From assembly GCF_036321535.1 (NCBI RefSeq), contig NC_087472.1, positions 94,614,001-94,678,000 of the forward strand: a stretch of DNA of 64,000 nucleotides, written 5' to 3'. The DNA is from Camelus dromedarius (taxonomy: Eukaryota). The position numbers were made by a program, and so were the translations under genes. Positions 38,260 to 51,235 of this stretch are shown piece after piece (the stretch's first letter is position 1; each line of letters opens with the position of its first letter). Under the pieces are notes generated by a model. The model worked only from the letters and a program-made list of their open reading frames with translations, ran no database searches and was not told the DNA's origin.

Positions 38260-40370
38260 TTAAAATTTTTATTGTGGTAAGAACACTTAAAATAGAGTGA
38301 GCCTCATAATAAACTTCTAAGTGCACAAAAAAGTATGAACTATAGGCACAATCTGGTACAGCAGCTTATCTTGTATAACAAGGCTCATGTTCATTGAATG
38401 GCAACTCCCAATTTCCCACTCCTGCCAGCCCCTGGCAACCACCATTCTGCTCTGTTTCTATGAGTTCGACCATTTTAGAAACCTCGTGAAAGTTCAGTCA
38501 GTATTTGTCCTTCTGTGACTGTCTTATTTAACTTAGCATAATGTTTTTCAGGTTCATTCATGTTGTCACATAGGGTAAGATTTCACTTTTGTTTTTTTAA
38601 ACAGTGAATAATATTCCGTTGTATGTATATAACCACATTTTCTTTATCCATTTGTCCATCAATGGACATATAGGTTGTTTCTGCTTCTAGGCTATTGTGA
38701 ATAATGCTGCATTGAGCACGGAAGTGAAGTTATTTTTCTGAGCTCTTTTGGATATATATTCAGAAGTGGAATTGCTGGGTCATCTGGTAGTTTTTTTAAA
38801 AAACATGTTTTTTTAGAAACTTCCATACTGTTTTGCATAGTGGCTACATTTTACATTCCCACAAACAGTATGAAAGGATTCTTTCCAATTTCATTGGCCA
38901 CATTTTTTTTTTTTTAATAGCTGTCCCAACAGGTGAGAGAGAATATCTTATTCTGGTTTGACTTGCATTCCACTCAGTTAGTGATGCCGAGCATTTTTTC
39001 ACATACCTGATGGCCATTTTGTATATCTTCTTTGGAAAATGTCTACTCAAGTTATTTTATCATTTTTAATCAGGTTTTTTTTTGCTATTGAGTTGTAGGA
39101 GTTACTTGAATATTTTAGATGTTGAAGATACGGTTACCAGATAGTTCTCCCACTCAATAGGTTGTCCTTTTACTCTTATTTCCTTGGCTGTGCAGAAGCT
39201 TTTTTAGTTTGAGGTAGTCACACTTGTCTATTTTTGCTTTTATTGCTTGTGCTTTTATTTTCAGATCCAAAAAATCATTGACAAGACTAGTGCCATCAAA
39301 GTTTTCTCCTGTGTATTCTTTTAGGAGTTTAGTTTGAAATCTTATGTTTACACAAAAATTAATTCAAAATGGATTAATGATTTCAGTCTTTTGCATGTAG
39401 ATGCCCAGTTTTCCCAACACCATTTGTTAAAGACATTACCCTTTCCTCACGGTGTACTTCTGGTGCCCTTTTTGAACAGCAGTTGACCATATATGTGTGC
39501 GTTTATTTTCTGAATTCTGTTCTGTTCCATTAGTCTCTCTCTGTTTTTATACCAATAATAGACTGTTTTGATTACTGTATTTTTGTAGTGTATTTTGAAA
39601 TCAGGAAATGACACCTGCAGCTTTGTTCTTTGTCACTATTTCTTTGGCTATTTGGATCTTTTGTGGTTCAATATAAATTTTAGGATTGCTTTTTCTTTCT
39701 CAATAAAAAATTGGCATAGGGTTTTGATAGGGATTACATTGACTCTACAGCTCACCTTGCGTGGTGTGGACATGTAACAACTTCAAGCCCTCCAGTCCAT
39801 GAACGTGGCTATCCTTCCATTTATTCGTATCTTTAATTGGTTTCAACACTGTTTTCAGTTTTTAGTATAAACGTCTTTTACCTTCTTGGTTAAGTTTATT
39901 GCTAAGTATTTTATTCTTTTTCATGTTACTGTAAGTGAGAATTTTAAATTTCTTTTGGGGATAGTTTGTTGTTAGTGTTCAGAAACAAGTGATTTTTATA
40001 TGTTGATTTTGTATCCTCTGCTTTACTGTATTTATTAGTTGCAACAGGATTCTGGGTGTATGTGTGGAGTTTGGGGTGCTTCTTCGTATGAAATCATGTC
40101 ATCCCTGCAAGCAGAGGTAATTTCTTTCTTTTCCAGTTTGGATGCCTTTTGTATCTTTTACATGCCTAATAGCTCTGGCTGGAACTTCAAATACTGTGTT
40201 GAACTGACGTGGCTATAGTGGACATCCAAGTCTTACTCATGATCTTAGAGGAAAAGCTTTTAAGTTTTTCACTGTTGAGTATGATGTTACTTGTGGGCTT
40301 GTCATTTAAGGCCTTTATTATGTTGAGGTAAATACCTTCTGTGCCAAGTTGTCGAGTTTCTATCAGTTTT
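38260..40370 (-). mobile_element. 5'-truncated L1 (3' UTR and ORF2 C-terminal part), decayed
   Basis: L1 motifs throughout. The ORF track shows GIYLNIIKALNDKPTSNIILNSEKLK (ORF2p). Confidence 0.9.
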
Positions 40371-42099
40371 ATGAAAGGAAGTGTGTACATGTAGATGGAA
40401 AAAAAGGCAGGCAGTACCCCCAAAACAGTACCAGTGATGACTCCGGGTGATGAGGCTGCAGGTGATTTTTAGTTTCCTTTTATGATTTACTTTCTAATAG
40501 TTCTCTCATGAACCTATTACTTTTATCATCAAAAAAACATGGTAGGAAGAAGAAAAGATGACAGGCAAGGAAATGAGGCCAAAGGGCGTCGTAATAGCAC
40601 AGGTAAGAAAACACTGAGGCCTCAGGCACACCGTCACTTCCCCCTGACGCTCAGTTTCCCATTTTAAACTCTAGCTCGTGACTTTTGAGATCTCAACCCC
40701 CCTCCAGCAGATAGAGTGGAGACGATCTGCTGATCGCTGTCATCCTTTCTAGATTCAAAATTGCACGATATTACGAATACACCGATTATTCACCTTTAAT
40801 GAATGGCACTGATAATTCTGCCAAGGGACATCCAAACCTCTCAAAATCAAGCAGAAGAAAAATGCTGTAGTGTAACAGCATTAACTTGGATTAAGCCCAT
40901 TTATGAGACAAAATCAAACGCCAAAAGTATAGGGCAGCCTATTATTAACAGCAACATAAAAAATAAATCCTTGAACTTCTAGCTGGCTCTTGAAAATATG
41001 TGTTTCTATTACCGTAATCTGTAAGTGGATTTTCAGTGGCAGCCATTAGCCTTCCTGCTGTTCGTGGCTTGTCAGCATTTCCATTAGAAGCCCACTTTCT
41101 CAGGAATCTACAACTTGTCCACTATAGTTTGACTCAAGCCCAAAAGTGAGTATTTTACCTAAGGGATTGAAATAATTTGAATCCTGAATGATAAGCAACG
41201 GTGTCACACTTCATAAAATGCGATACCCTTGCAAAGCAATTCTGGGTCTTGATTTGCAAGCTCTCTGATCTGTTTCTGGTGCGTTTTGAAGGGTGGTTCC
41301 CCTGCAAAGGAGTTAAACTGAATCAGGTCAGGAGACAGTTTGTAATGAGCTTCCTGGGAAGAAAAGCACTTTAGAAATGTAACAAATAATTAAGACCATG
41401 GCATGGCATTTTCGAGGAGAAAAGGTATTTAAATTCAGTCTTACTACTGTATTAAGAAGTTTCCATTTATAAAGTTTTCTACCAAGAAAATAATCCTATT
41501 TGTGTGTCTATATGAAAGAGATTTTCTATTTCCCCTCCTACAATATTTTCCCTTTTAAGAAGTTCTTAACATCTAATGAGGCAGTAAATGTCTTGACAAG
41601 TGCGTTTAAGGGTTTCAGTCTTTCAGATATATTCTGGCAAATCTGGCAAAGAAAAGAAACAAAGAAATCCTAGTTACAACTGGTTTGGACCCCTGGTAAT
41701 CAAGATGGGACTCACCGAGAAGGTTTCAGTTCTGGGCGAATCCGTAAACAACGCACCTTTTAGCAGTGCCTGATACATGCCTGGGTGGCAGTCACTGGTT
41801 TTAAAAAAAGGAGGGGGCTGTTTTAACTATGAAACAATTTAATTTTCTCAACAACCCCAGCAAGTGGCTGACAGGTAAATGAACGTGCCCAAGGCTGCCC
41901 AGCGAGGAAGTGAGCCCGTGCTCATGACCAGCTCTCTGTCATTAGCCACTTTCATAGGAAAAAGCATTTCATGTTTTACTTGAGCACCTGTTGGATAATA
42001 AATCGTTGAAATTGTCAAAAAGACAGGTGGGAAATCTAATTCGGATCCACAAGCTGAATTTTATTTCTTTCCTCTATCAGAAGTCTTAAAAATTAGCAA

Positions 42100-42450
42100 T
42101 GCCATTAGGATGGCTATTATTTAAAAAAAACAAAAACCAAAAGAACAGAGAACAGCAAATGCTGGAGAGGCTGTAGGAAAATTAGAACCCTGTGCATGGC
42201 GGAGGGGATGTAAAATGGTGTAGACACTTTGGAAGACAGTGTGGCAGTTCCCTCAAAAAAATTAAAAAGAGAATTATACGATTTAGCAATTCTCGTTCTG
42301 GGTGTATACCCAAAAGACTTGAAAGCAGGGACTTCAACAGATACTTGTATAGCAGTGTTCATGGCAGTGTTATTCACAATAACCAAAGGTGGAAACAGTC
42401 TAAATGTCTCGTCAGTGGATGAATGAATAAACAAAATGTGGTCTGTATAA
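42100..42450 (+). mobile_element. L1 ORF2-end fragment
   Basis: cattaggatggctatta...aatgctggagaggctgtaggaaattagaaccc. The translation resembles the ORF2p C-terminus (YDLAILVLGVYPKDLK). Confidence 0.85.
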
Positions 42451-44008
42451 ATAATTATTTGTGTGTGTGAGTGTGTGTGTATATAGGTACATGATGGGTT
42501 TGGGGTCTTTTTGGCTAGCATGGAGTAAAGTATTTCCATTATTGGTGTTGAAAAGAACCGTTTTGTCTATTATGAAACATTATGAAAGGCTTTCCTGGCA
42601 TGGAGAATCTGAAAGCTGACCAATGACTCATTGCGTCAACAAACATTTACTGACAGCACGCTGTGTATGTATGGTTCAGGCATTAATCTAAACCCTGAGG
42701 GTACAGCAGTAAATAAGAGAGAGAAAAGTCTGTTCATATGTATATTTTTAAGGTGTAAGTGACATATAACACTATATTAGTTTCAGGTGTACAACATAAT
42801 AATTTGATATTGATGGCAAAATGATCACAGTAAGTGTAGTTAACATCTGTAACCATACGTGGTACATGGTTACAGTTCTTTTTTCTGTGATGAGAACTTC
42901 CAAGATCTACTCTCAGTAACTTTCAAATACGCAGGAGTATTATTAACTGTTACCACCATACTCCACATTACATTCCCAGGACTTACAATTGTAAGTTTGT
43001 ATCTTTGACCCCCTTCACACATTTTGGACCCCACGCCACCCCTCTGCCTTTGGCAACCACCAATCTGTCCTCTGTATCTGTGAGCTCATTTTGCTGGATC
43101 ATAAATGATTTTTTTTGAGGAGTTTTGTGAGTTTTTTAGATATATTGTAGATATTAATCGTTTATCAGAAATATGATTTACAACTGTTTTCCCCCATTTG
43201 GTAGGTTGCCTTTTTATTTTGTTGGTTTCCTTTGCTGTACAGGAGCTTTGTACTTTGCTACAGCCCCACTTGTTTGTTTTTGCTTTTGATGCCTTTGCTT
43301 TTGGTGTCAAATCTAAAAACTCATTGCCAAGACCAATGTCAAGAAGCTTACAAGCTGTTTTCTTCTAGGACTTTTATGGTTTCAGGTATTATGCTAAATT
43401 CCTTCATCCATTTTGAGTTAGCTTTCTGTGTCTGGTTTAAATGTGGTCCAGTTTCATTCTCTTTGCATGTTGCTATTCAGTTTTCCTAGCACCATTACTG
43501 AAGAGACTGTCTTTTCCCCATTGTATATTCCTGGATCCTTTGTCACAAATTAATTGAGCATTGACCATATGCGCATGGGTTTATTTCTGGGCTCCCTATT
43601 CTGTTCCACTGATCTGTGTGTCTGTTTTTATGCCAACACCGTACTGTTTTGATTACTATCACTTTGCAAATATAGTGTGAAATTAGAGGACACGATGTCT
43701 CCAACTTTGGTTTTTTCTTCTCTCAAGATTTCTTTGGCTATTTGGGATCTTCAGTTGTTCCATATGAGTTTTAGGACTGTTCTATTTCTGTGAAAAATGC
43801 CATTGGAATCTTGATAGGGACTGCTTTGGGTAGCTGTGGACATTTTGACAATATTTTTTTAATCCATGGGCACAGCATATCTTTCTATTTATTTGTGTCT
43901 TCAATTTCTTTCACCAACATCTTACAGTTTTCAGTGTACAGGTCTTTCACCTGCTTGATAAAATTTATTCCTATGTATTTTATTCTTGTTGATGCAATTG
44001 TAAATAGG

Positions 44009-44402
44009 CTTTTTTTTTATTGAGTTACAGTCAGTTTACAATGTTGTGTCAATTTCTGGTGTACAGCAGTTTTCCAGTTATACGTGAATGTACATATATT
44101 CATTTTCATATTCTTTTTCACCATGAGCTACTACAAGATCTTGAGTATATTTCCCTGTGCTGTACTGTATAAACTTATTTATCTATTCTATGTATACCTG
44201 TCATTATCTATAAATTTCTGACTCCCAGTCTGTCCCTACCTATCCCCCTCCCCCGGGGCAACCACAAGTTCGTATTCTATGTCTGTGAGTCTGCTTCTGA
44301 TTTATATTTAAGTTTGTCTTTTTTTTTTTCTTAGATTCCACATATGAGTGATTTCATATGGTATTTTTCTTTCTCTTTCTGGCTGACTTCACTTAGAATG
44401 AC
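44009..44402 (-). mobile_element. Young L1 3' end nested in the L1
   Basis: Poly-T start and TSD TAAATAGG (44001-44008 and 44403-44410). Confidence 0.88.
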
Positions 44403-46244
44403 TAAATAGGATTCTTTTCTTCCTGATAGTCTTTAATACTGTGTAAAAATGCAACAATTTCTGTATATTGACTTTGTATCCTTCAACTTTACTGAATTTG
44501 TTTATTAGTTCTAACAGCTTTTATGTGTGTGTGGAATCTTTAGGGTTTCCTATATATGTCACCTACAAATAGTGGCAGTTTTTCCTTTCCACTCTGGGTG
44601 CATTTTTGTTTTTTTTCTTGCCTAACTGTGGCTAGGACTTGCAATACTACGTTAAAGGAAGTGGTGAGAGTGGGCATCCTTATCGTGGTCCTGATCTTAG
44701 AGGAAAAGCTTTCAGCTTTTCACCATTAAGTATAAGGTTAGCTGTGAGCAGGTCTTATACCGTCTTTATTACATTGAGGTATATTCTCTCTGTGCCCATT
44801 TTGTTGAGAGTTTTTATCATAAATGGATGGTGAGTTATGTCAAATGTCAAATGCTTTTTCTGCATCTGTTAAGCAAGCATATGGTTTTTATCGTTTATTT
44901 TCTTCAAGTGATGTAAACACATTGATTTGTGGATGTTGAACCATGCAGCCCAAGAATAAATTGCACTTGACCTTGCTGTATGATCCCCTTGATGTGTTGT
45001 TGAATTTGGTTGCTCATATTTTGAGGACTTTTGCCTCTATGTTCATCAGGGACATTGCCATGTAATATTCTTGTCATTTTTCTCACTTTGATGTCAGGGT
45101 AATGCAGGCCTCGTAAAATGAGATTGGGGGTGTTCCTTCCTCTTTGTTTTTTTCTGGGAGATTTTGAAGATGACTGGTATTGTTTAAATGTTTAAGAGAA
45201 TTCACCAGTAAAGCCATCTATCTGATTCCGGACTTTTGATGGGAGGTTTCTGATTCACTGACTCAATCTCCTTACTAGTAATCAGTCCGCTGAGATTTTC
45301 CATTTCTTCATGATCCAGTCTGAGTAGGCTGTATGTTTCTAGGAATGTATCCATTTCTTCCAAGTGGTCAAATTTGTTGATGTGTAATTGTTCATAATAG
45401 TCTCTTATCCTTTGTAGTTCTGTGGTATCAGTTGTCATGTCGCCTTTTTGACTTTTAACTTTGTTGATTTGAGTCCTCTTTTTTCCTTGATGAGTCTAGC
45501 TTAAGGTTTGTCAATTTTCTTTGTTTTCAGAGAACCAGCTCTTAGTTTCATTGATCTCATCGACTGTCTTTTTAGCCTCTGTGTCATTTATTTCTGTTCT
45601 GATCTTTATTTCCTTCCTTCAGGCTTCCTGTGCCGTTCATTTTTATTTGTCTCAAGGTATTTTTGACTTCTTTGGAGATCTTCTTTTGATTCATTGGTCG
45701 TTCAGTAACCTGCTGTTTAATTTCCATGCATTTGTGAATTTTCCAGTTTTAATTGATTTCTGGTTTCATACCATTGTAATTAGAAAAGTTTTTGATATGA
45801 TTTCAGTCTTAAATTTATCAAGACTTTTTTTTGTGACCTAACACATGATCTATCCTGGAGAAGGTTCCATGTGCACTTGAGAAGAACCTGTATTCTGTTG
45901 CTGTTGGATGGACTTTTCTGTATCACCCTCATCTGATGTGTCATTTTAGGCTGAATGTCCTTACTGACTTTCTGTCTGCATGATCTATCCATCGATGACA
46001 GGGGTAGTAAAGTCCCCTACTATTATTGTATTATCGTCTTTCTTTTCGTAGGTCTGTTAATATATGTACATGCTCCTATGTTGGGCAAATAAATATTTGC
46101 AAATGTTACAACCTCTTGTTCAATTGACCCCTTGATGGTTATGTAACGCCTTTGTCTCTTACTACAGTGTTTATTTTGTAGTCTATTTCGTCTAAGTATG
46201 GTACCCCAACTTGCTTCCAGTTTCTATTTGCAGAGAGTATCTTT

Positions 46245-46757
46245 TTCTTTTTCTTTTTCTTTTTTTTTAGGTTAACATATGTTTTATTTTTGACATGTAA
46301 ATGATCATTAAGTTTTTTTTAAAATTGAAGTATAGGCGATTTACAATGTTGTGTTAGTTTCTGGTGCACAGCATAGTGACTCAGTTATATATATTCCGTT
46401 TCATATTCCTTTTCGTTACAGGTTATTGTAAGATGTTGAATATAGTTCCCTGTGCTATACAGGGGGACCTTGTTGTTTATCTATTTTATATATAGTGGTG
46501 TGTGTCTGCAAATCCTGACCTCCCAGTTTATCCCTGCCTCTGCTTTCCTCCTTGGTAACCGTAAGTTTGTTTTCTAAGTCTGTGAGTCTGTTTCTGTTTT
46601 GTAAATAAGTTCATTTGTGTCATTTCTTTAGATTCTACATATAAGTGATACCATATGGTATTTTTTTCTTTCTGGGTGACTTCACTCAGTATAATAATGT
46701 CCATCCGTGTTGCTGCCAATGGCATTATTTTATTCTTTTTTTACAGCTGAGTAGCAG
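46245..46757 (-). mobile_element. Young L1 3' end nested in the L1
   Basis: T-tracts, then ttgaagtataggcgatttacaatgttgtgttagtttctggtgcacagcatag. Same family as the 27571 element. Confidence 0.85.
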
Positions 46758-48479
46758 TCTGGAATATATTCCTCCATCCCTTCCCTATCTGTCCTCACCT
46801 CTGAAATAAGTCTCTAGTAGGCAGCATGTAGATGTGTCCTTTTGTCCATTCAGACACTGACTTTTAATTGGGAACCGTAAATAATGTAAGTAATGACTGA
46901 TAGGTACGTGCTCGTTGCCATTTTGTTAATTGTTTTCTGGCTGGTTTGTAGCTCCTCTGTTCCTTTATTCTCTCTTCGTGGTTTATTTTCTTTAGTGTAC
47001 GCTTAGATTCCTTTATTCTTGGCTGGAAGTTTTCTTTCAGCACTTTACATATATCGTGCAATTCTCTTTCGGCCTGCAAAGTTCTGCTGAAAAAAATCTT
47101 AGTTTTATGGGGGTTCCCTTGTATGTGACAAGTTGTTTTCCTCTTGCTGCTTTTAAGAGTCTCGCCTTGTCTTTAATTTTTGACATGTTAATTATAACGT
47201 CTTGGTATAGGTCTCTTTTGGCTCAGCTTATTTGGAACTCTAATGGCTTCTTGCATATGGGTCTCTGTTTCCTTCCCCAGGTTAGGGAAGTTTTCAGCCA
47301 TTATTTCTTCAAATAGATTTTCTGCCCCCTTCTCTCTTGCTGCTTCTGGGACCACTACATTGTGAATTTTGGTTGGCTTGCTGTTGTCCCATAAGTCCCT
47401 TAAACTACCTTCACTTTTTAAATTCATTTTTCTTTTTGCTGCTCTGATTGGGTGAGGGACACTGGCCTGTCTTCACATTCCCTGATCCTTTTCTCTGCTT
47501 CATCTAGTCTGCGGTTGAATCCTCTAGTGTATTTTTCAGTTCAGTCCTCTTCAGCTCTGTGATTTCTACTTGGTACTGTCATACATTTTCTGTCTCATGG
47601 AAGTTAATGCTGTTCACCCATTCTTCTCCCAAGATCAGTAAGCATCGTAATGACCATTGCTGGGAACTCCTCATCAGGTAAATTGCTTACCTCTGGCTTT
47701 CATTAAAGACTTTTTCTGAGGTTTTATGTTGTTGTTTCATTTGGAACATACTCCTTGGTTTCTTTATTCTCTTTGGTGCTCTGTGTTGGTTTCCGTGCAT
47801 GAGATAAAACAGCTCCCTCTCCCAGTCTTGCAGATGGAGCCTCATGTAGGAGGTGAAACTTATCGTTCGGTCCTGCCCTAGCTCTTCGTTGTCTCTCATA
47901 CCTCTGGCATTGTCCAAGCGGCCCATTTTATTTTTAGTGACTGAGACCTGTCAGTGTCCCAAGGGGAGGGTCTGTCGTCAGCTAGACTCAGGCTGATTCG
48001 GAGCAAGACCATCAGGCAGCAGCTTTTAAGGTATGCAGATACCCTGCAGTCCCCCAAGACTGTATGTAAGTCCGGCTGTTCACCGGAGCCAGGCGACCTA
48101 AGTGTGTCCCCTGGGTGGCGGTCAGAAAAATCAGGGCACCAGACCAGCGTATGAGTTCTTTCCAATAGATACTGGAGACCTAGTGTGAGGCGGAAGGAGA
48201 GCACAGAGGTGGCACCTCCCGGTCTCTGTCTTCAGAGTACAGCTCAGTAGGGCCCTAGATAGGTGCCAAATCAGAAGTGTGACCCTGTGTGACCCTCGGG
48301 CCAAAGTTGCAGGACAAGCAAATAGGTCTCTTGCACAGAAGGACGGGGGTATGTGTCAGCCTGCGGTCCGCACAGCACCCTGGGGGCAGCAGTCAGCCAA
48401 GAGCTGTTTGTTCTAGTCCCATGGGACCCAGGAACGTGAGAACAGCTTCTGGGCGTGGCTGTCTTCCTGGCCCAGCCCC

Positions 48480-51235
48480 ACTGCCTGTATTTTTGATGAT
48501 GGTCACCCTAACAGGTGTGCGATGCTAGCTCATGGTGGCTCCGATGTGCATGTCCAGTGATTAGTGATGTTCGGCACCTGTTCACGTTTCTTTTGGCCAT
48601 GTGTGTGTCTTCTTTGGAAAAATGTCTGTTCAGATCTCCTGCCCATTTTAAAATCGGACTTTTTTCATGCTATTGAGTTGTGCAAGATCTTTGTCTATTG
48701 TGAATATTAATCACTTGTCACACATGATTTGCAAATATTTCTCTTATTTTGCAGGTTATTTTTTCCTTTTGTTAATAGTTTGTTTTGCTATGCAGAAACT
48801 TTAGTTTGATAGAGTCCCATTTATTTTTGGTTCTGTTGCCTTTGCTTTTGCTGTTACAGTAAAAAAAAAATGTGTTTCTGCATCTATTGAGATGATCAGA
48901 CGATGTTGATCTTCATTCTGTTAATGTGGTGTATCGTACTGACTGAGTTACATATGTTGAAGCATCCTTGCAACTGGAGGACAAATCCCACTTAGTCGCG
49001 GTGTATGATCCTCTTCATAGATTGTCAAATTTGGTTTACTAATATTTTGTTGAGAATTTTTGCATCTATATATCCATCAGATATTGGTGTATGGTTTTCT
49101 TGTAGTGTCCTTCTCTGGCTTTGGTATCAAAGTACTGCTGGCCTTGTAAAATACTTTTGCAAGTGTTACTTCCTCTTGAATTTTTAAAAAAGTGTTTGAG
49201 AAGGACTGGTGTTAGTTCTTTCAATGTTTGGTAGCGTTCACCAGAGAAACCATCTGCTTCTGGGCTTCTGTCTACCGGGAGACTTCCAATTATGGATTCA
49301 AGTTCCTTCCTCATCATTGGTCTCTTCAGGTATTCTATTTCCTCATGATTCTTTCCTGGCAGGCTGTATGTTTCTATGAATTGAACCCGTTTCCTTTAGG
49401 TTATCCAATTGGTTGGCATATAATTATTCTTCAGTCTTAGGATTCTTTACATTTCTGTAGTGTAAGGTGTAGTATCTCCTCTTTCATTGCTGATTTTGAG
49501 TCCTTTTCCTTTTCAAGTCTAGGTAGTCTTGTCTATTTATCTTTTCAAAAAACAAGTTCTTAGTTTTATTGCTCTTTCCCGTTGTTTCACATCTCTTTTA
49601 CTTATTTCTGCTCTGATACGTTTTTCTTTCATAAATTTTGGCCTTCGTTTGCTCTTCTTTTCATAGTTCACTGAAGTGCAAAGTTAGATTTTTTTTTTCA
49701 TGATGCAGCCATTTATCGTCATGAACTTCCCTCACAGAACTGCTTTTGCTGCATCCTGTAACTTTTGTACATGGTATTTCCATTTGTCTCAAGGTATTGT
49801 TTTAAATTTCTCTTTTGATTTTTTTCATCAATTCATTGGTAGTTCAGTGGTATGTTGCTAAATGTTCACATGCTTGAGAATTTTCTAGTTTTATTCTTGT
49901 AATTGATTTCTGGTTTCATAATATTGTGGTCAGAAAAGATGCTCAATAAGATTTAAATATTCTTGAAATTTATGGAGTCTTGTCTTGTGTCCTAGCATAT
50001 GCTATATCCTAGAGAATGTTCCATGTGCATTTGAGAAAAGTGTGTCCTCTGTTGCTTTTGGATGGAATGTTCTGTAAATGTCTGTTAAGTGTTTGTGATC
50101 TTAATGCATGGTCCAAGTGCAACGTTCCTTTATCCATTGGTATGAGTGTGGTATTAAAGTCCCCACTACTGTTGTATTGCTATGCATCTCCTCCTCCCTT
50201 TAGGTCTGTTAATATTTGCTTTATATATTTACGTGTCCCTATGTTGGGTGCATAAATATTTATAAATGATACAGAGTCCTGTTTGACCTTTTTATCATTA
50301 TGTAATGCTCTTGTCTCATTATTTTGGTTCATAGTCTATTTCGCTTGGTAGAAGTATAGCTTTCCCAGGTTTCTTTTGGTTTTCATTTGGATGGAATATC
50401 TCTTTCCCCCCCTTCAGTCTCAGTCTCTATCTACAAGTGAAGTGAGTCTATCACAGGCAGCAAATGGTCAGTCTTCTGTTTTAACAGATTTAAGCACTCC
50501 ATATATTTTGATTAGAGAATTCAGTCAATTGTAACTTCTCCTAGGTATGTGCTTACTGCCACTATAAAAATTGTTTTGTGGCTGTTCTGTAGTTCCTCTG
50601 TGCTTGTCTTCCACTGCTCTCTCATGTTGTCATTTGAAGATTGTAGTGTTATGCTTAGATATAGTTCTCTACTGTGTATATTTACTATAGGTATTTCCTT
50701 TGTGGTTATCATGGCGTTTAGATAAAGTAAATTATATTTATAAGTGTGATGTTTTTGATGTCACAATTTACACCTTTTTACCTTGTATATCCATTAAGAA
50801 ATTACTTTGTCATTTTTACTATTTTGGATTTTAGGATTTTATCCTTCATATTAGATCTATAAGCTATTAGCTCATAACTATTACATTAGACTAGTCTAAC
50901 TTTAAAATACACCTTTAATGCTGAAACTTTACTGTTTTCGTGATAGTAATGAGCACACTTTTCTTTACGTTAAAGAAGGCCCCTCTACACGTCCTAGGAG
51001 CAGCTCTATTAGTGCTGATGGCCTCAGCTTGCCTTGCGTGGAAATCTAAGGGACAACTTGGATGGAGAGCGCATTTTGGTTGTCATTTTTTTCTTCCATA
51101 CTATGTAAGCCACAAGGGAGTTTTGTGATCTCTTCAGAATTTCTGGTAATGGAGCTAGAGGGTTCCTTGGTAAGTAACAAGGTTTTCTCTTGATCCTTTT
51201 AAGATTATCTCAGAGTGTTTAACTTTTGACACTCT
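48480..51235 (-). mobile_element. Second decayed L1 (ORF2 pieces with an internal deletion near 48870, inter-ORF region and ORF1 C-terminus), truncated at the satellite
   Basis: ORF2p remnant RSPEADGFSGERYQTLKELTPVLLK (49066-49317). The segment 51160-51232 is homologous to the ORF1 segment at 47110-47190. Confidence 0.85.

Larger units (their letters stand above)
42747..48460 (-). mobile_element. Near full-length decayed L1 (5' UTR ~47800-48460, ORF1 ~47030-47800, ORF2 ~43090-46860, 3' UTR ~42750-43085) with internal deletions
   Basis: ORF1p peptide LRDLWDN...KGAENLFEEIMAENFPNLGKE (47188-47427) and ORF2p peptides TTDTTELQRIRDYYEQL and MTPKAKASKAKTNKW. The 5' end is GC/CpG-richer. Confidence 0.9.
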
